NCBI GenBank assembly: GCA_964016885.1
Contig: OZ024740.1
Span: forward strand, 437,472,001 to 437,536,000
Length of the DNA stretch: 64,000 nucleotides
Direction: 5' to 3'
Origin: Eledone cirrhosa
Taxonomy: Eukaryota
This document shows positions 1 to 12,143 of this stretch, one piece after another (the stretch's first letter is position 1; each line of letters begins with the position of its first letter). The translations under genes and the position numbers were made by a program. Below the pieces are notes generated by a model. That model searched no databases, had not been told where the DNA came from, and saw only the letters and a list, made by a program, of their open reading frames with translations.

Positions 1-3000
1 AACCACTTCTAGTAATGACAGTTGACCACTGTATAACCACTTCTAGTAATGAAGTTGACCGTCTTATAACCACTTCTAGTAATGACAGTTGACCACTGTA
101 TAACCACTTCTAGTAATGATAGTTCACCACTGTATAACCGCTTCTAGTAATGACAGTTGACCACTGTATAACCACTTCTAGTAATGACAGTTGACCACTG
201 TATAACCACTTCTAGTAATGACAGTTGACCACTGTATAACCACTTCTAGTAATGACAGTTGACCACTGTATAACCACTTCTAGTAATGACAGTTGACCAC
301 TGTATAACCAATTCTAGTAATGACAGTTGACCACTGTATAACCGCTTCTAGTAATGACAGTTGACCGTCTTATAACCACTTCTAGTAATGACAGTTGACC
401 GTCTTATAACCACTTCTAGTAATGACAGTTGACCACTGTATAACCACTTCTAGTAATGATAGTTGACCACTGTATAACCGCTTCTAGTAATGACAGTTGA
501 CCGTCTTATAACCACTTCTAGTAATGACAGTTGACCACTGTATAACCACTTCTAGTAATGACAGTTGACCACTGTATAACCCCTTCTAGTAATGACAGTT
601 GACCACTGTATAACCACTTCTAGTAATGAAGTTGACCGTCTTATAACCACTTCTAGTAATGACAGTTGACCACTGTATAACCACTTCTAGTAATGATAGT
701 TGACCACTGTATAACCGCTTCTAGTAATGACAGTTGACCACTGTATAACCACTTCTAGTAATGACAGTTGACCACTGTATAACCACTTCTAGTAATGACA
801 GTTGACGACTGTATAACCACTTCTAGTAATGACAGTTGACCACTGTATAACCACTTCTAGTAATGACAGTTGACCGTCTTATAACCACTTCTAGTAGTGA
901 CAGTTGACCGTCTTATAACCACTTCTAGTAATGACAGTTGACCACTGTATAACCACTTCTAGTAATGACAGTTGACCGTCTTATAACCACTTCTAGTAAT
1001 GACAGTTGACCGTCTTATAACCACTTCTAGTAATGACAGTTGACCACTGTATAACCACTTCTAGTAATGACAGTTGACCACTGTATAACCACTTCTAGTA
1101 ATGACAGTTGACCACTGTATAACCCCTTCTAGTAATGACAGCTGACCACTGTATAACCACTTCTAGTAATGAAGTTGACCGTCTTATAACCACTTCTAGT
1201 AATGACAGTTGACCACTGTATAACCACTTCTAGTAATGACAGTTGACCACTGTATAACCACTTCTAGTAATGACAGTTGACGACTGTATAACCACTTCTA
1301 GTAATGACAGTTGACCACTGTATAACCACTTCTAGTAATGACAGTTGACCGCTGTATAACCGCTTCTAGTAATGACAGTTGACCACTGTATAACCGCTTC
1401 TAGTAATGACAGTTGACCACTGTATAACCACTTCTAGTAATGACAGTTGACCACTGTATAACCAATTCTAGTAATGACAGTTGACGACTGTATAACCGCT
1501 TCTAGTAATGACAGTTGACCGTCTTATAACCACTTCTAGTAATGACAGTTGACCGTCTTATAACCACTTCTAGTAATGACAGTTGACCACTGTATAACCA
1601 CTTCTAGTAATGACAGTTGACCACTGTATAACCACTTCTAGTAGTGCCAGTTGACCACTGTATAACCACTTCTAGTAATGACAGTTGACCACTGTATAAC
1701 CACTTCTAGTAGTGACAGTTGACCATCTTATAACCTCTTCTAGTAATGACAGTTGACCACTGTATAACCACTTCTAGTAATGACAGTTGACCATCTTATA
1801 ACCACTTCTAGTAGTGACAGTTGACCGTCTTATGACCACTTCTAGTAGTGACAGTTGACCGTTTTATAACCACTTCTAGTAATGACAGTTGACCACTGTA
1901 TAACCACTTCTAGTAATGACAGTTGACCACTGTATAACCACTTCTAGTAATGACAGTTGACCGTCTTATAACCTCTTCTAGTAATGATATTTGACCGTCT
2001 TATAACCACTTCTAGTAATGACAGTTGACCACTGTATAACCACTTCTAGTAATGACAGTGGACCACTGTATAACCACTTCTAGTAATGACAGTTGACCGT
2101 CTTATAACCACTTCTAGTAATAACAGTTGACCACTGTATAACCACTTCTAGTAGTGCCAGTTGACCACTGTATAACCACTTCTAGTAATGACAGTTAACC
2201 GTCTTATAACCACTTCTAGTAATGACAGTTGACCGTCTTATAACCACTTCTAGTAATGACAGTTGACCATCTTATAACCTCTTCTAGTAATGACAGTTGA
2301 CCACTGTATAACCACTTCTAGTAATGACAGTTGACCACTGTATAACCACTTCTAGTAATGACAGTTGACCGTCTTATAACCACTTCTAGTAATGACAGTT
2401 GACCGTCTTATAACCACTTCTAGTAATGACTGTTGACCATCTTATAACCTCTTCTAGTAATGACAGTTGACCACTGTTTAACCACTTCTAGTAATGACAG
2501 TTGACCACTGTATAACCACTTCTAGTAATGACAGTTGACCGTCTTATAACCACTTCTAGTAATGACAGTTGACCATCTTATAACCTCTTCTAGTAATGAC
2601 AGTTGACCACTGTATAACCACTTCTAGTAGTGCCAGTTGACCACTGTATAACCACTTCTAGTAATGACAGTTGACCACTGTATAACCACTTCTAGTAATG
2701 ACAGTTGACAACTGTATAACCACTTCTAGTAATGACAGTTGACCGTCTTATAACCACTTCTAGTAATGACAGTTGACCACTGTATAACCACTTCTAGTAG
2801 TGACAGTTGACGACTGTATAACCACTTCTAGTAATGACAGTTGACCATCTTATAACCTCTTCTAGTAATGACAGTTGACCGTCTTATAACCACTTCTAGT
2901 AATGACAGTTGACCACTGTATAACCACTTCTAGTAATGACAGTTGACCACTGTATAACCACTTCTAGTAGTGCCAGTTGACCACTGTATAACCACTTCTA

Positions 3001-3765
3001 GTAATGACAGTTGACCACTGTATAACCACTTCTAGTAGTGACAGTTGACGACTGGAGAACCACTTCTAGTAATGACAGTTGAGCACTGTATGACCACTTC
3101 TAGTAATGACAGTTGACCGTCTTATAACCACTTCTAGTAGTGACAGTTGACCGTCTTATAACCACTTCTAGTAATGACAGTTGACCACTGTATAACCACT
3201 TCTAGTAATGACAGTTGACCGTCTTATAACCACTTCTAGTAATGACAGTTGACCGTCTTATAACCACTTCTAGTAATGACAGTTGACCATCTCATAACCT
3301 CTTCTAGTAATGACAGTTGACCACTGTATAACCACTTCTAGTAATGACAGTTGACCACTGTATAACCACTTCTAGTAATGACAGTTGACCGTCTTATAAC
3401 CACTTCTAGTAATGACAGTTGACCACTGTATAACCACTTCTAGTAATGACAGTTGACCGTCTTATAACCACTTCTAGTAGTTACAGTTGACCACTGTATA
3501 ACCACTTCTAGTAATGACAGTTGACCGTCTTATAACCACTTCTAGTAGTGACAGTTGACGACTGGATAACCACTTCTAGTAATGACATTTAACCACTGTA
3601 TAACCACTTCTAGTAATGACAGTTGACCGTCTTATAACCACTTCTAGTAATGACAGTTGACCATCTTATAACCACTTCTAGTAATGACAGTTGACCATCT
3701 TATAACCTCTTCTAGTAATGACAGTTGACCACTGTATAACCACTTCTAGTAATGACAGAGTTGAC
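1..3765. repeat. 34-bp tandem satellite/minisatellite, about 110 copies (runs off the left edge)
   Basis: Unit AACCACTTCTAGTAATGACAGTTGACC(ACTGTAT/GTCTTAT/ATCTTAT) repeats head-to-tail with period 34 and no unique spacers. Confidence 0.98.
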
Positions 3766-3859
3766 CACCCTACCAAAAAAGTTAATACTCAACATGTCCT
3801 AATATTCAATAACTAATTATTAGGCTCAATATTTCCTTAGATATTTTCTATTTAGCTGT

Positions 3860-4048
3860 TTTGATACCAACCACCTGCGACTAAACTCCTTCCATCACGA
3901 TTTTATATAAAAAATCTTTCCTATTAATAAATGATTGTTTGTAACCCTAGAAAGTTAGCTATATTACTAAATCCCTCGAAATTCTTGATTATTTTCTAAG
4001 TTATTTGATAATGTTTTTTCATTAGAAATATGGTAACAAAAAGGTTAA
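3860..4048. mobile_element. Degenerate TTAA-flanked (piggyBac-like) MITE, family 2
   Basis: Ends in ATTAGAAATATGGTAACAAAAAGG-TTAA, similar to copies near 21020-21516, 36530-36758, 45309-45540 and 53377-53604. Confidence 0.5.
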
Positions 4049-4279
4049 ACTATTTATATCGATTAAGAATCGTGTATGACTATATTTTCCATGGATTTCT
4101 TTGTATAATTTCTTTTAATGTAAAGTAACAATAAGTTTATAGTTCTTGGCAAAGACAACTACATAAAATAATATTGATCAGGAAAATCCTTTAACAGCAA
4201 TACACAAGGTACTTATTTTACTGAGCTCCAGAGGAATAGAAGCCAACCCTTACCTATGGTTATGAATCTTAGATAATGA

Positions 4280-4600
4280 CTGAAAGAATACAAGTGGCCA
4301 AAATGGGATTCCTCCAAAGGGACTTTGCAGTAACATTACTTGTAGAATGAGTAGCTGTGAGATCAGACTCATTCCATGTAGAGCCAATACTTCTCCGAAT
4401 TGAGAGATCACAACTCCAATACTATGGGCATGTGGCTAGAATGTCTCAAGAAAGAATCGCTGGACAGATTTTACAGGCAAAACCAACTGGCAGGGGATCC
4501 AGCCGGATCAGTTGGAAATGGTTGCTTATAATAGGACCCGCTGGAAACAGTGTTTGAGGACTGCCCCATGATCCTCTCAAGAATAAGTGGTCAAAGAAGA
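4280..4600 (+). mobile_element. Decayed 3' fragment of an RTE-clade LINE (post-RT region)
   Basis: Translation EPILLRIERSQLQYYGHVARMSQERIA matches the RTE 'R-x-QL-x-W/Y-x-GHV-x-RM' C-terminal motif. Confidence 0.7.
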
Positions 4601-4929
4601 AGGATTTGAACTGAAATATACTAGGTACTAAATACTGTAGAATATTCTAACACCTCCACCCTGCTGTAAGAATGATGCAATATTTTAAAAATTCAATTTA
4701 AAAAAAAAAACTAAACAATTAGAAGTGGGAAACTCATTTAGAAATATAATTTATTTTTTGTGTGTAAAGAATCCTTTGAAAATTATGTTGTTAGATTTAT
4801 AACTGTTAGAACTACTTTACATTGTAAATTAACATTTTCACACCTGTCTCTCCAAACATTATATTCAGTACCGCAGCATAATGATGATCTACCATAACAC
4901 AGCTATAATGACTTCGGATAAACAAGAAA

Positions 4930-4988
4930 TCATTATTGTTATTGTTGTTATTATTATCATTATTGTTATTATTATTATTATTATTATT

Positions 4989-5053
<65 letters not shown>

Positions 5054-5070
5054 CATCATTATCATCATCT
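4930..5070. repeat. (TTA)n/(TTG)n trinucleotide microsatellite
   Basis: Direct reading; explains the poly-I/V/L ORFs. Confidence 0.97.
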
Positions 5071-5419
5071 TTTTTTTACACTGATAGACATTATAATGTT
5101 GATCTTTTTACATTTTTGGTTCATCCTAAATTTAATGGAGAACCCAATCCCACTGAGATGGAAACATAGATACAACAATTTTAATTATTTCATGTGATAT
5201 TTATATAGTCTAAACTACCTTGATAACATTAGTTCCTTATATCAACAGTTTATACCTTAAATATTGATTTATGATGCTATTATAGTTACCAAGTTGATAT
5301 GTTATATAACATATCACATGCTTTTGAAACTGATAGTTTATGTTGAAACTTAGAAAACTTGATATCTACTATTTAACTTTAGTTTCTTTCTGTTGCTGCT
5401 GAGTAACAAAATAAATCAT

Positions 5420-5606
5420 CATGGATTGGCAGTATCGGTAGAGGGTCGGACGCCATGCTTTCCAGCATAGTTACGTCCCTTTACGAACTGAGTTCAAATC
5501 CCGCCGAGGTTGACTTTGCCTTTCATCCTTACGGGGTCGATAAAATAAAGTACCAGTAATGTACTGGGTAATTGCTGGCCTTGTGCCTAAACTAGAAACA
5601 ATTATT
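5420..5606 (+). mobile_element. tRNA-derived SINE, family S2
   Basis: A-box-like TGGCAGTATCGG, B-box GAGTTCAAATCC, conserved body GCCTTTCATCCTTACGGGGTCGATAAAATAAAGTACCAG (resembles Meta/Sauria-type SINE central domain), tail TGCTGGCCTTGTGCCTAAACTAGAAACAATTATT; further copies in the window. Confidence 0.85.
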
Positions 5607-6069
5607 GTTTTTATGCCTGATTTTCCCATCAATCATTTCCAAAACTACACAGCTTTCAATTTGGGCTTTTTTTTTCACTGGTTTAATCATTTGACTTTGG
5701 TGAAGCTAGGGCACCACTTGGAGAGATTTATTTCATTAGATCAACCCCAGTATTTTAATTTCATCATATTAACCTCAGCTCATAATTTCATTATATTAAC
5801 CCCAGCACATAATTTCAATTTATTTTTCAAGTCTGATACCAATTATAATTGACAATTCAACATCCACATACCCTGATCAATGTTGTCATTGAACTGCTAA
5901 GTAGACATAAACCCACACCTAACCATACATGAGTTGATAATCCTTTTTAAGTGAAACACATCCTCTCAACTATAGATTGGTAATTGTTGTAAAATTAACT
6001 CTATACCCAACTCAGGCTTTCAACTGAGTGCTCTACCAACTTTGCATATAATCTTCTCATTTTTCACTA

Positions 6070-6117
<48 letters not shown>

Positions 6118-6227
6118 CCTTACCAGAAGACGTGACAGAGTGTCTGTTGTTAACACTAAATCCCTCCCCCATGCAAGCGTGGAACACGGACGTTAAACGT
6201 TGATGATGATGATGATGATGATGTCTC

Positions 6228-6520
6228 CATTGAATTGAAGTGCCCTGAGTGTAGAAAGATTTGCTTGAGCAAATCTGGTCTCAGGAGCCATAGTTGCAGC
6301 CATGTTCAAAGAGAACCAGTGATCTATGATCTCCACAGTGTTGTGAGGGTTCACGGGCAACCTGATGCAGGATCTCAAGCTAGGGAGATCCATAGTTGTC
6401 GTCAATGTGGGAAGGAGTGCAAGTCTCTAGCAGGCTTGAAAAGCCATATCCAAGTGTCACACATCTGAATCTGACAAGCGATTGCAATACTCTTGGCAGA
6501 GTTTGCAGCCATCATATATA
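6228..6520 (+). mobile_element. 3' end of a LINE-like element encoding two C2H2 zinc fingers, with a (TA)/(TATG) tail
   Basis: CPECRKICLSKSGLRSHSCSH and [22 protein letters not shown] fit C-x2-C-x12-H-x3/4-H; terminus GAGTTTGCAGCCATCAT resembles GAGTTGGCAGCCACCAT of the 600-bp elements. Confidence 0.65.
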
Positions 6521-6524
6521 TATG

Positions 6525-7348
6525 TATGTTATCTCTTTCTCTTAATTTCGAGTATATTTTTTTTGACCGGCCACCTTCCTGGTGGCAAGTTTGTAAAAGA
6601 AAAGAAATTGTCATCCCTTGAATCGCAAGAAAGTTTTGCAAATTTTGAAGGTGCCAGCTATCGCAGCCATTTGTAGACTATGAATTAGGGAGCTGCGCTT
6701 TTTGTCCGGAAATCCAAGTTCAGTCATACTTTGGTCCAAGCGGGTTGGTATATAACCCATAGCTCCAATAATGATGGGTATGAAGCTAAAGGTGTATCTT
6801 GGATACTGGATTTGTAAACTCCTCATCAATGGTCCGTAGATGTCCTCCTTCTCCTGTATTTTTCTGACAACGTTTACATCAAGTGGGCAGCTGATCTCCA
6901 CAACAGAACACGTTTTCAATGTGTGGTCCCAAACAACAATATCAGGCCGGTTGTGCTTTAATTTGGTGGCAGTTTTTATTTTCAGGTTCCACCAGTATTC
7001 CTTAGTGCCATCTGTCTCAATATATTCTTCCTCGTTTGTTGTTAATTTTGTTTTCCGAAGTGCGTTCCAGATGGTTCTAGCTATCCCATCGTGTCTCATG
7101 GGGAGGTAGTAGCGAGATGACATTCTTTCGCAGCTGGCAACAATGTGGTTTACATCCTCGATCTTTGTTTTACATAGCCTACATTTATTGTCAGCTGCTG
7201 GCCCTCCTCTTTTGTGCAGCAGATATTTGGTAGGGAGTTCTTGTTCCTGTTTTGCATAGAGATATCCCTCAAGGTGTGATGTCATAAACTTGTCGGAACT
7301 CCATGCCAGGCTTTTTGAGTGGTTTATCCCCTCTATGGTCTGTGTTTT
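6525..7348 (-). mobile_element. 5'-truncated R4/Dong-type non-LTR retrotransposon (CCHC knuckle plus restriction-like endonuclease); ORF remnant 6611-7285
   Basis: CRLC...H...C knuckle, RHD motif, RPDIVVWD...VVEISCP...KEDIY (PD-D/ExK RLE), PIIIGAMG; flanked on both sides by (TATG)n. Confidence 0.88.
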
Positions 7349-7377
7349 TATGTATGTATGTATGTATGTATGTATGT

Positions 7378-7980
7378 CAGGTCACCAGTTGGTGCTACTG
7401 GTAACATGTATCCCAGTACAACCTGTCTCATGGTCGGGTCGTTGGCGACTAAACTGGCAACACCACCAAGGTTTCTTGGTGAGGAGGGTGACTGGACATC
7501 CTGCAGGACAAAAAAAAAAAACCTGTCAAAGGCCAAAGGAGCTCTTAAGAGTCAATGGCCATCCAAAATCACCAGGAGAGATGACCCCTTAGCTTTTGTC
7601 AGAATTCTAGGAGAAGGAAAACTCTGATATAACACCTGCAACCTTGATGCTATCCAATGATGTTGACTTGTTCTTCTTTTTGGTAAATATCATCTTGGTT
7701 AAGAGAGTGGGACTGGCTTTGTGTAGTGCCTTTGCTCACTATAAAAGCTTCACGGCACAGGCATTGCTTTATATCTGGAGATCTCTCTACACTTGTCGTC
7801 ATATGGTAACATGAGCCCAGCACTATGTGTCAATAATTGTCACAAGTGTAGTGTTTGTACCAGAGTTTTCAAGTCGCTGGCTGGACTAAAACGTCACACT
7901 CGTTCAGCGTATCGGTAGGGGTTCTCTTACATGGATATACAGTAGTGGCCGTACTCGAAAACGAGTTGGCAGCCACCATG
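7378..7980 (+). mobile_element. ~600-bp non-autonomous retroelement, copy A (full length)
   Basis: Nearly identical to 11535-12143; structured 5' leader, C2H2 remnant [17 protein letters not shown], ends GCAGCCACCATG followed by (TATG)n. Confidence 0.85.
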
Positions 7981-8075
7981 TATGTATGTATGCATGCATG
8001 TTTGTATGTATGCATGCATGCATGCATGCATGTATGTATGTATTTATGCATGTTTGTATGTATGTATGTATGTAT

Positions 8076-8489
8076 TCCGGGAGAGATGACCCCTTAGCCT
8101 TTGTCAAGGCAGAATTCTAGGAGAAGGAAACTCTGATATAACACCTGCAACCCTGATGGTATCCAATGATGTTGACTTGTTCTTCTTTTTGGTAAATATC
8201 ATCTTGGTTAAGAGAGTGGGACTGGCTTTGTGCAGTGCCTTTGCTCACTATAAAAGCTTCATGGCAGAGGCATTGCTTTATATCTGGAGATCTCTCTGCA
8301 CTTGTCGTCACATGGTACCATGGGCCCAGCACTATGTGTCAATAATTGTCACAAGTGTAGTGTTAGTACCAGAGTTTTCAAGTCGCTGGCTGGACTGAAA
8401 AGTCACACTCGTTCAGCGCATCGGTAGGAGTTCTCCTACATGGATATAAAGTAGTGGCCGTACTCGAAAACGAGTTGGCAGCCACCATG
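8076..8489 (+). mobile_element. ~600-bp element, copy B (5'-truncated)
   Basis: Same 3' end and tail; carries the GCCTTTGTCAAGGCAG variant shared with copy D. Confidence 0.85.
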
Positions 8490-8617
8490 TGTGTATGTAT
8501 GTATATATGTAGGTATGTATGTGTGTATGTATGTGTATGTGTAGGTATGTATGTATATATGTAGGTATGCATGTCTGTATATAGGTATGTAGGTATATAT
8601 GTAGGTATGTATGTATG

Positions 8618-9141
8618 TGCAACCCCACCAAGGTTTCTTGGTGAGGAGGGTGACTTTGGACATCCTGCAGGACAAAAAAAAAAACCTGTCAAAGGGCAAA
8701 GGAGCTCTTAAGAGTCAATGGCCATCCAAAATCACCAGGAGAGATGACCCCTTAGCTTTTGTCAGAATTCTAGGAGAAGGAAAACTCTGATATAACACCT
8801 GCAACCTTGATGCTATCCAATGATGTTGACTTGTTCTTCTTTTTGGTAAATATCATCTTGGTTAAGAGAGTGGGACTGGCTTTGTGCAGTGCCTTTGCTC
8901 ACTATAAAAGCTTCACGGCACAGGCATTGCTTTATATCTGGAGATCTCTCTGCATTTGTCGTCACATGGTACCATGGGCCCAGCACTATGTGTCAATAAT
9001 TGTCACAGGTGTAGTGTTTGTACTAGAGTTTTCAAGTCGCTGGCTGGACTAAAAAGTCACACTCGTTCAGCGCATCATAGGGTTCTCCTACATGGATATA
9101 AAGTAGTGGCCGTACTCGTAAACGAGTTGGCAGCCACCATG
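8618..9141 (+). mobile_element. ~600-bp element, copy C (5'-truncated)
   Basis: Same 3' end; intact finger [22 protein letters not shown]; shares the GCTTTTGTCAG variant with copy A. Confidence 0.85.
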
Positions 9142-9589
9142 TATGTATGTATGTATTATGTATGTGACTCTGTGCAAGACATTTTAGATCATTGGCTGGG
9201 CTAAAAAGCTACATTCGATCGCAGCGCTGTTAGTTGCTATCGTGTGTGTGTGTATAGATATGTTTATGTGTGTGCGTGTATGTGTATATATATATGTATA
9301 TATTGCTTCAAGCAAACTTCAATACTCTCATATATGTATATTATTATTGTTGTTGTCGTTATTAATATTGTTGTTATTAATGTCACACTAACTTTTTTGT
9401 GTTTACTCTGGATGAAAACATTAACTTTTTACACAGTCGAACCCATGCTAGCATGGAAGATAGACGTTAAACAATGATGATGATGACCATTGAGTGCTTT
9501 TGTGACTCCCTCAAACAATTCGATTAGTACCTGCTACACTGCAACTTCAACTATGATTTATACCCATGATTATATATATATAAAATGAC

Positions 9590-9742
9590 AGACTTCTGCT
9601 TAGTTTCCTTCTACCCAATCTCATATTCCAAGGTATTGGTCAACTCGAGGCTGTAGTAGAAGATATTTACTCAAGACTGCACACAATTGAAACTAAACAG
9701 AAAAACCTGTGGTTGCAGAGTGAACTACTAAAATCACATATC
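9590..9742 (-). mobile_element. Old degenerate SINE, family S3
   Basis: TTTCC-TCTACCCAATCTCA...GGCTGTAGTAGAAGATATTTACTCAAG; similar degenerate copies at ~61260-61345 and ~63895-64000. Confidence 0.5.
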
Positions 9743-10098
9743 CCACTTTCCACCCTCACTAACAATGTTGCCATTGATGTAAGGCAAGATATATTTCCCT
9801 AAACATACCAAATATAAATCCTTATTGACACACAATATTACTTCTTCTCAGTTTTGCTCTTTTAAGAAGCATCCAACCTTGAGCCCATTAACAATTGCCT
9901 TTCACTAATATAAAGCTTCAAATGGCAGATTTCTTTATAGAACAAAATAATATTGATAAACGAATATCTCTTCCATGTACACATATGTACACTTACACAA
10001 CTGGCTCTGTGTCTCTCTGTCTCTCTCTCTTTTGTTATATATACATATGTATTGTGAACATTGTATATATATATGTATTTATATATAATGTATGTATT

Positions 10099-10133
<35 letters not shown>

Positions 10134-10229
10134 AAGGACATATTTCAACAGAAGAGGGAATAGGAAGAAAAAGAAGGAAAGAAAATATATTTTTTAAATA
10201 TATACATACATACATATATACATACATAT

Positions 10230-10262
<33 letters not shown>

Positions 10263-10864
10263 TATATGAGAAAATCTTGAAAAGACATTTTGCTCTTATA
10301 AATTATTTGGTTGCTATGACAAGCATTCTCCAAGGTAATGCTGGGCTTCAGAATTAAGCATATGGATTGCGCTGAGGAGCTCTCCAAGCAATTCAGAGGA
10401 AAGCAGTGAATCTTGGACTATTGGAACCCTGTTGGGTTTTTGTTTTGCTTTTTTTTTCGTTTTTTTTTTTCATTTTCGTTTTTTTTCCTTTCTTTTTTCA
10501 TGGCTAAGAGGAAAAATGAATAAAGAGTTGAAAGGAAAGAATATTTCTAGCTGTATCATGTCCAGTATTCTCTGCCTCTCCATCTTCGGTCTATAAATAT
10601 TACTTGTGAGTTGCCCCACGCTTGCACTTAGTATTCAACTAATTAAGTAACATTTGAAGTGTATGTATGTGTGTGTACACATACATACATATAGATATAT
10701 GAACATATGTGTATATCTCTTTATCTATGAGTGTGTATATACATAGATACGTATAGATACATAAACATATCTCTTTATCTATATGTGTGTGTGTATCTAT
10801 TTATCTCTATATATATATACACACACATATACATACATACACACATACATACATATATATATAT

Positions 10865-10946
<82 letters not shown>

Positions 10947-11062
10947 ACACATACACACACAGATTTGCATGTATAGCATATGGCTACCTCAAATCATTCC
11001 ATCCAAAACCCATGCCAGCAGGGAAAATGGACCTAAAAATGATGATGATGATTTTATATATA

Positions 11063-11139
11063 CAGGGTGTCCCCAAAAATATATACACACTTATTAGAAT
11101 GCTATTGAAGTATGTATACATTTTGGGGGATACTCCGTG
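11063..11139. mobile_element. Tiny Tc1/mariner-type MITE
   Basis: TA-CAGGGTGTCCCCAAAAATATATACACACTT...AAGTATGTATACATTTTGGGGGATACTCCGTG-TA: imperfect ~30-bp TIRs and TA flanks. Confidence 0.7.
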
Positions 11140-11534
11140 TAATATATATATATATATACTTCTGTATGTGTGTGTATATGTATATATATATGTGTATGTA
11201 TATATATATGTGTGTATGTATATATATATATGTGTGTATGTATATATATGTGTGCATGTATATATATATGTGTGTATATATATATGTGTGTATGTATATA
11301 TGTGTATGTATATATATGTGCATGTATATATATATAGGTGTATATATATATATATGTATGTGTATATATATATATATATGTATGTGTATATATATATATG
11401 TATGTGTATATATGTATGTGTATATATATATATGTATGTGTATATATATATGTATGTGTATATATATATGTATGTGTATATATATATATGTATGTGTATA
11501 TATATATGTATGTGTATATATATATATATTATGT

Positions 11535-12143
11535 CAGGTCACCAGTTGGTGCTACTGGTAACATGTATTCCAGTACAACCTGTCCCATGGTCGGGTCGTT
11601 GGCGACTAAACTGGCAACCCCACCAAGGTTTCTTGGTGAGGAGGGTGACTTTGGACATCCTGCAGGACTAAAAACAAAACCTGTCAAAAGGCAAAGGAGC
11701 TCTTAAGAGTCAATGGCCATCCAAAATCACCGGGAGAGATGACCCCTTAGCCTTTGTCAAGGCAGAATTCTAGGAGAAGGAAAACTCTGATATAACACCT
11801 GCAACCCTGATGGTATCCAATGATGTTGACTTGTTCTTCTTTTTGGTAAATATCATCTTGGTTAAGAGAGTGGGACTGGCTTTGTGCAGTGCCTTTGCTC
11901 ACTATAAAAGCTTCACGGCACAGGCATTGCTTTATATCTGGAGATCTCTCTGCATTTGTCGTCACATGGTACCATGGGCCCAGCACTATGTGTCAATAAT
12001 TGTCACAAGTGTAGTGTTTGTACCAGAGCTTTCAAGTCGCTGGCTGGACTAAAAAGTCACACTCGTTCAGCGCATCAGTAGGGGTTCTCCTACATGGATA
12101 TAAAGTAGTGGCCGTACTCGAAAACGAGTTGGCAGCCACCATG
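11535..12143 (+). mobile_element. ~600-bp element, copy D (full length)
   Basis: Starts at the same base (CAGGTCACC) as copy A; finger [22 protein letters not shown]; microsatellite tail. Confidence 0.88.

Noticed and set aside
1-3765. CRISPR-like regular ~34-bp periodicity
   Set aside because: No unique spacers, no cas genes, eukaryotic context; it is a tandem satellite.
8156-8398. Repeated 80-aa hydrophobic ORF (MVSNDVDLFFFLV...) in the 600-bp elements
   Set aside because: Interrupted by a stop in copy A, no recognisable domain, and it overlaps the zinc-finger remnant in another frame.
10305-10430. GC-richer unique stretch with an X-box-like GTTGCTATGACAAG and a CAAG|GTAATG donor-like site
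   Set aside because: No convincing acceptor or reading frame; a single imperfect motif is expected by chance.
11537-11680. Canonical HDV-like ribozyme (P1 GGTCACC/GGTGACT)
   Set aside because: The would-be L3 lacks the CC needed for P1.1; kept only as an unresolved structured leader.
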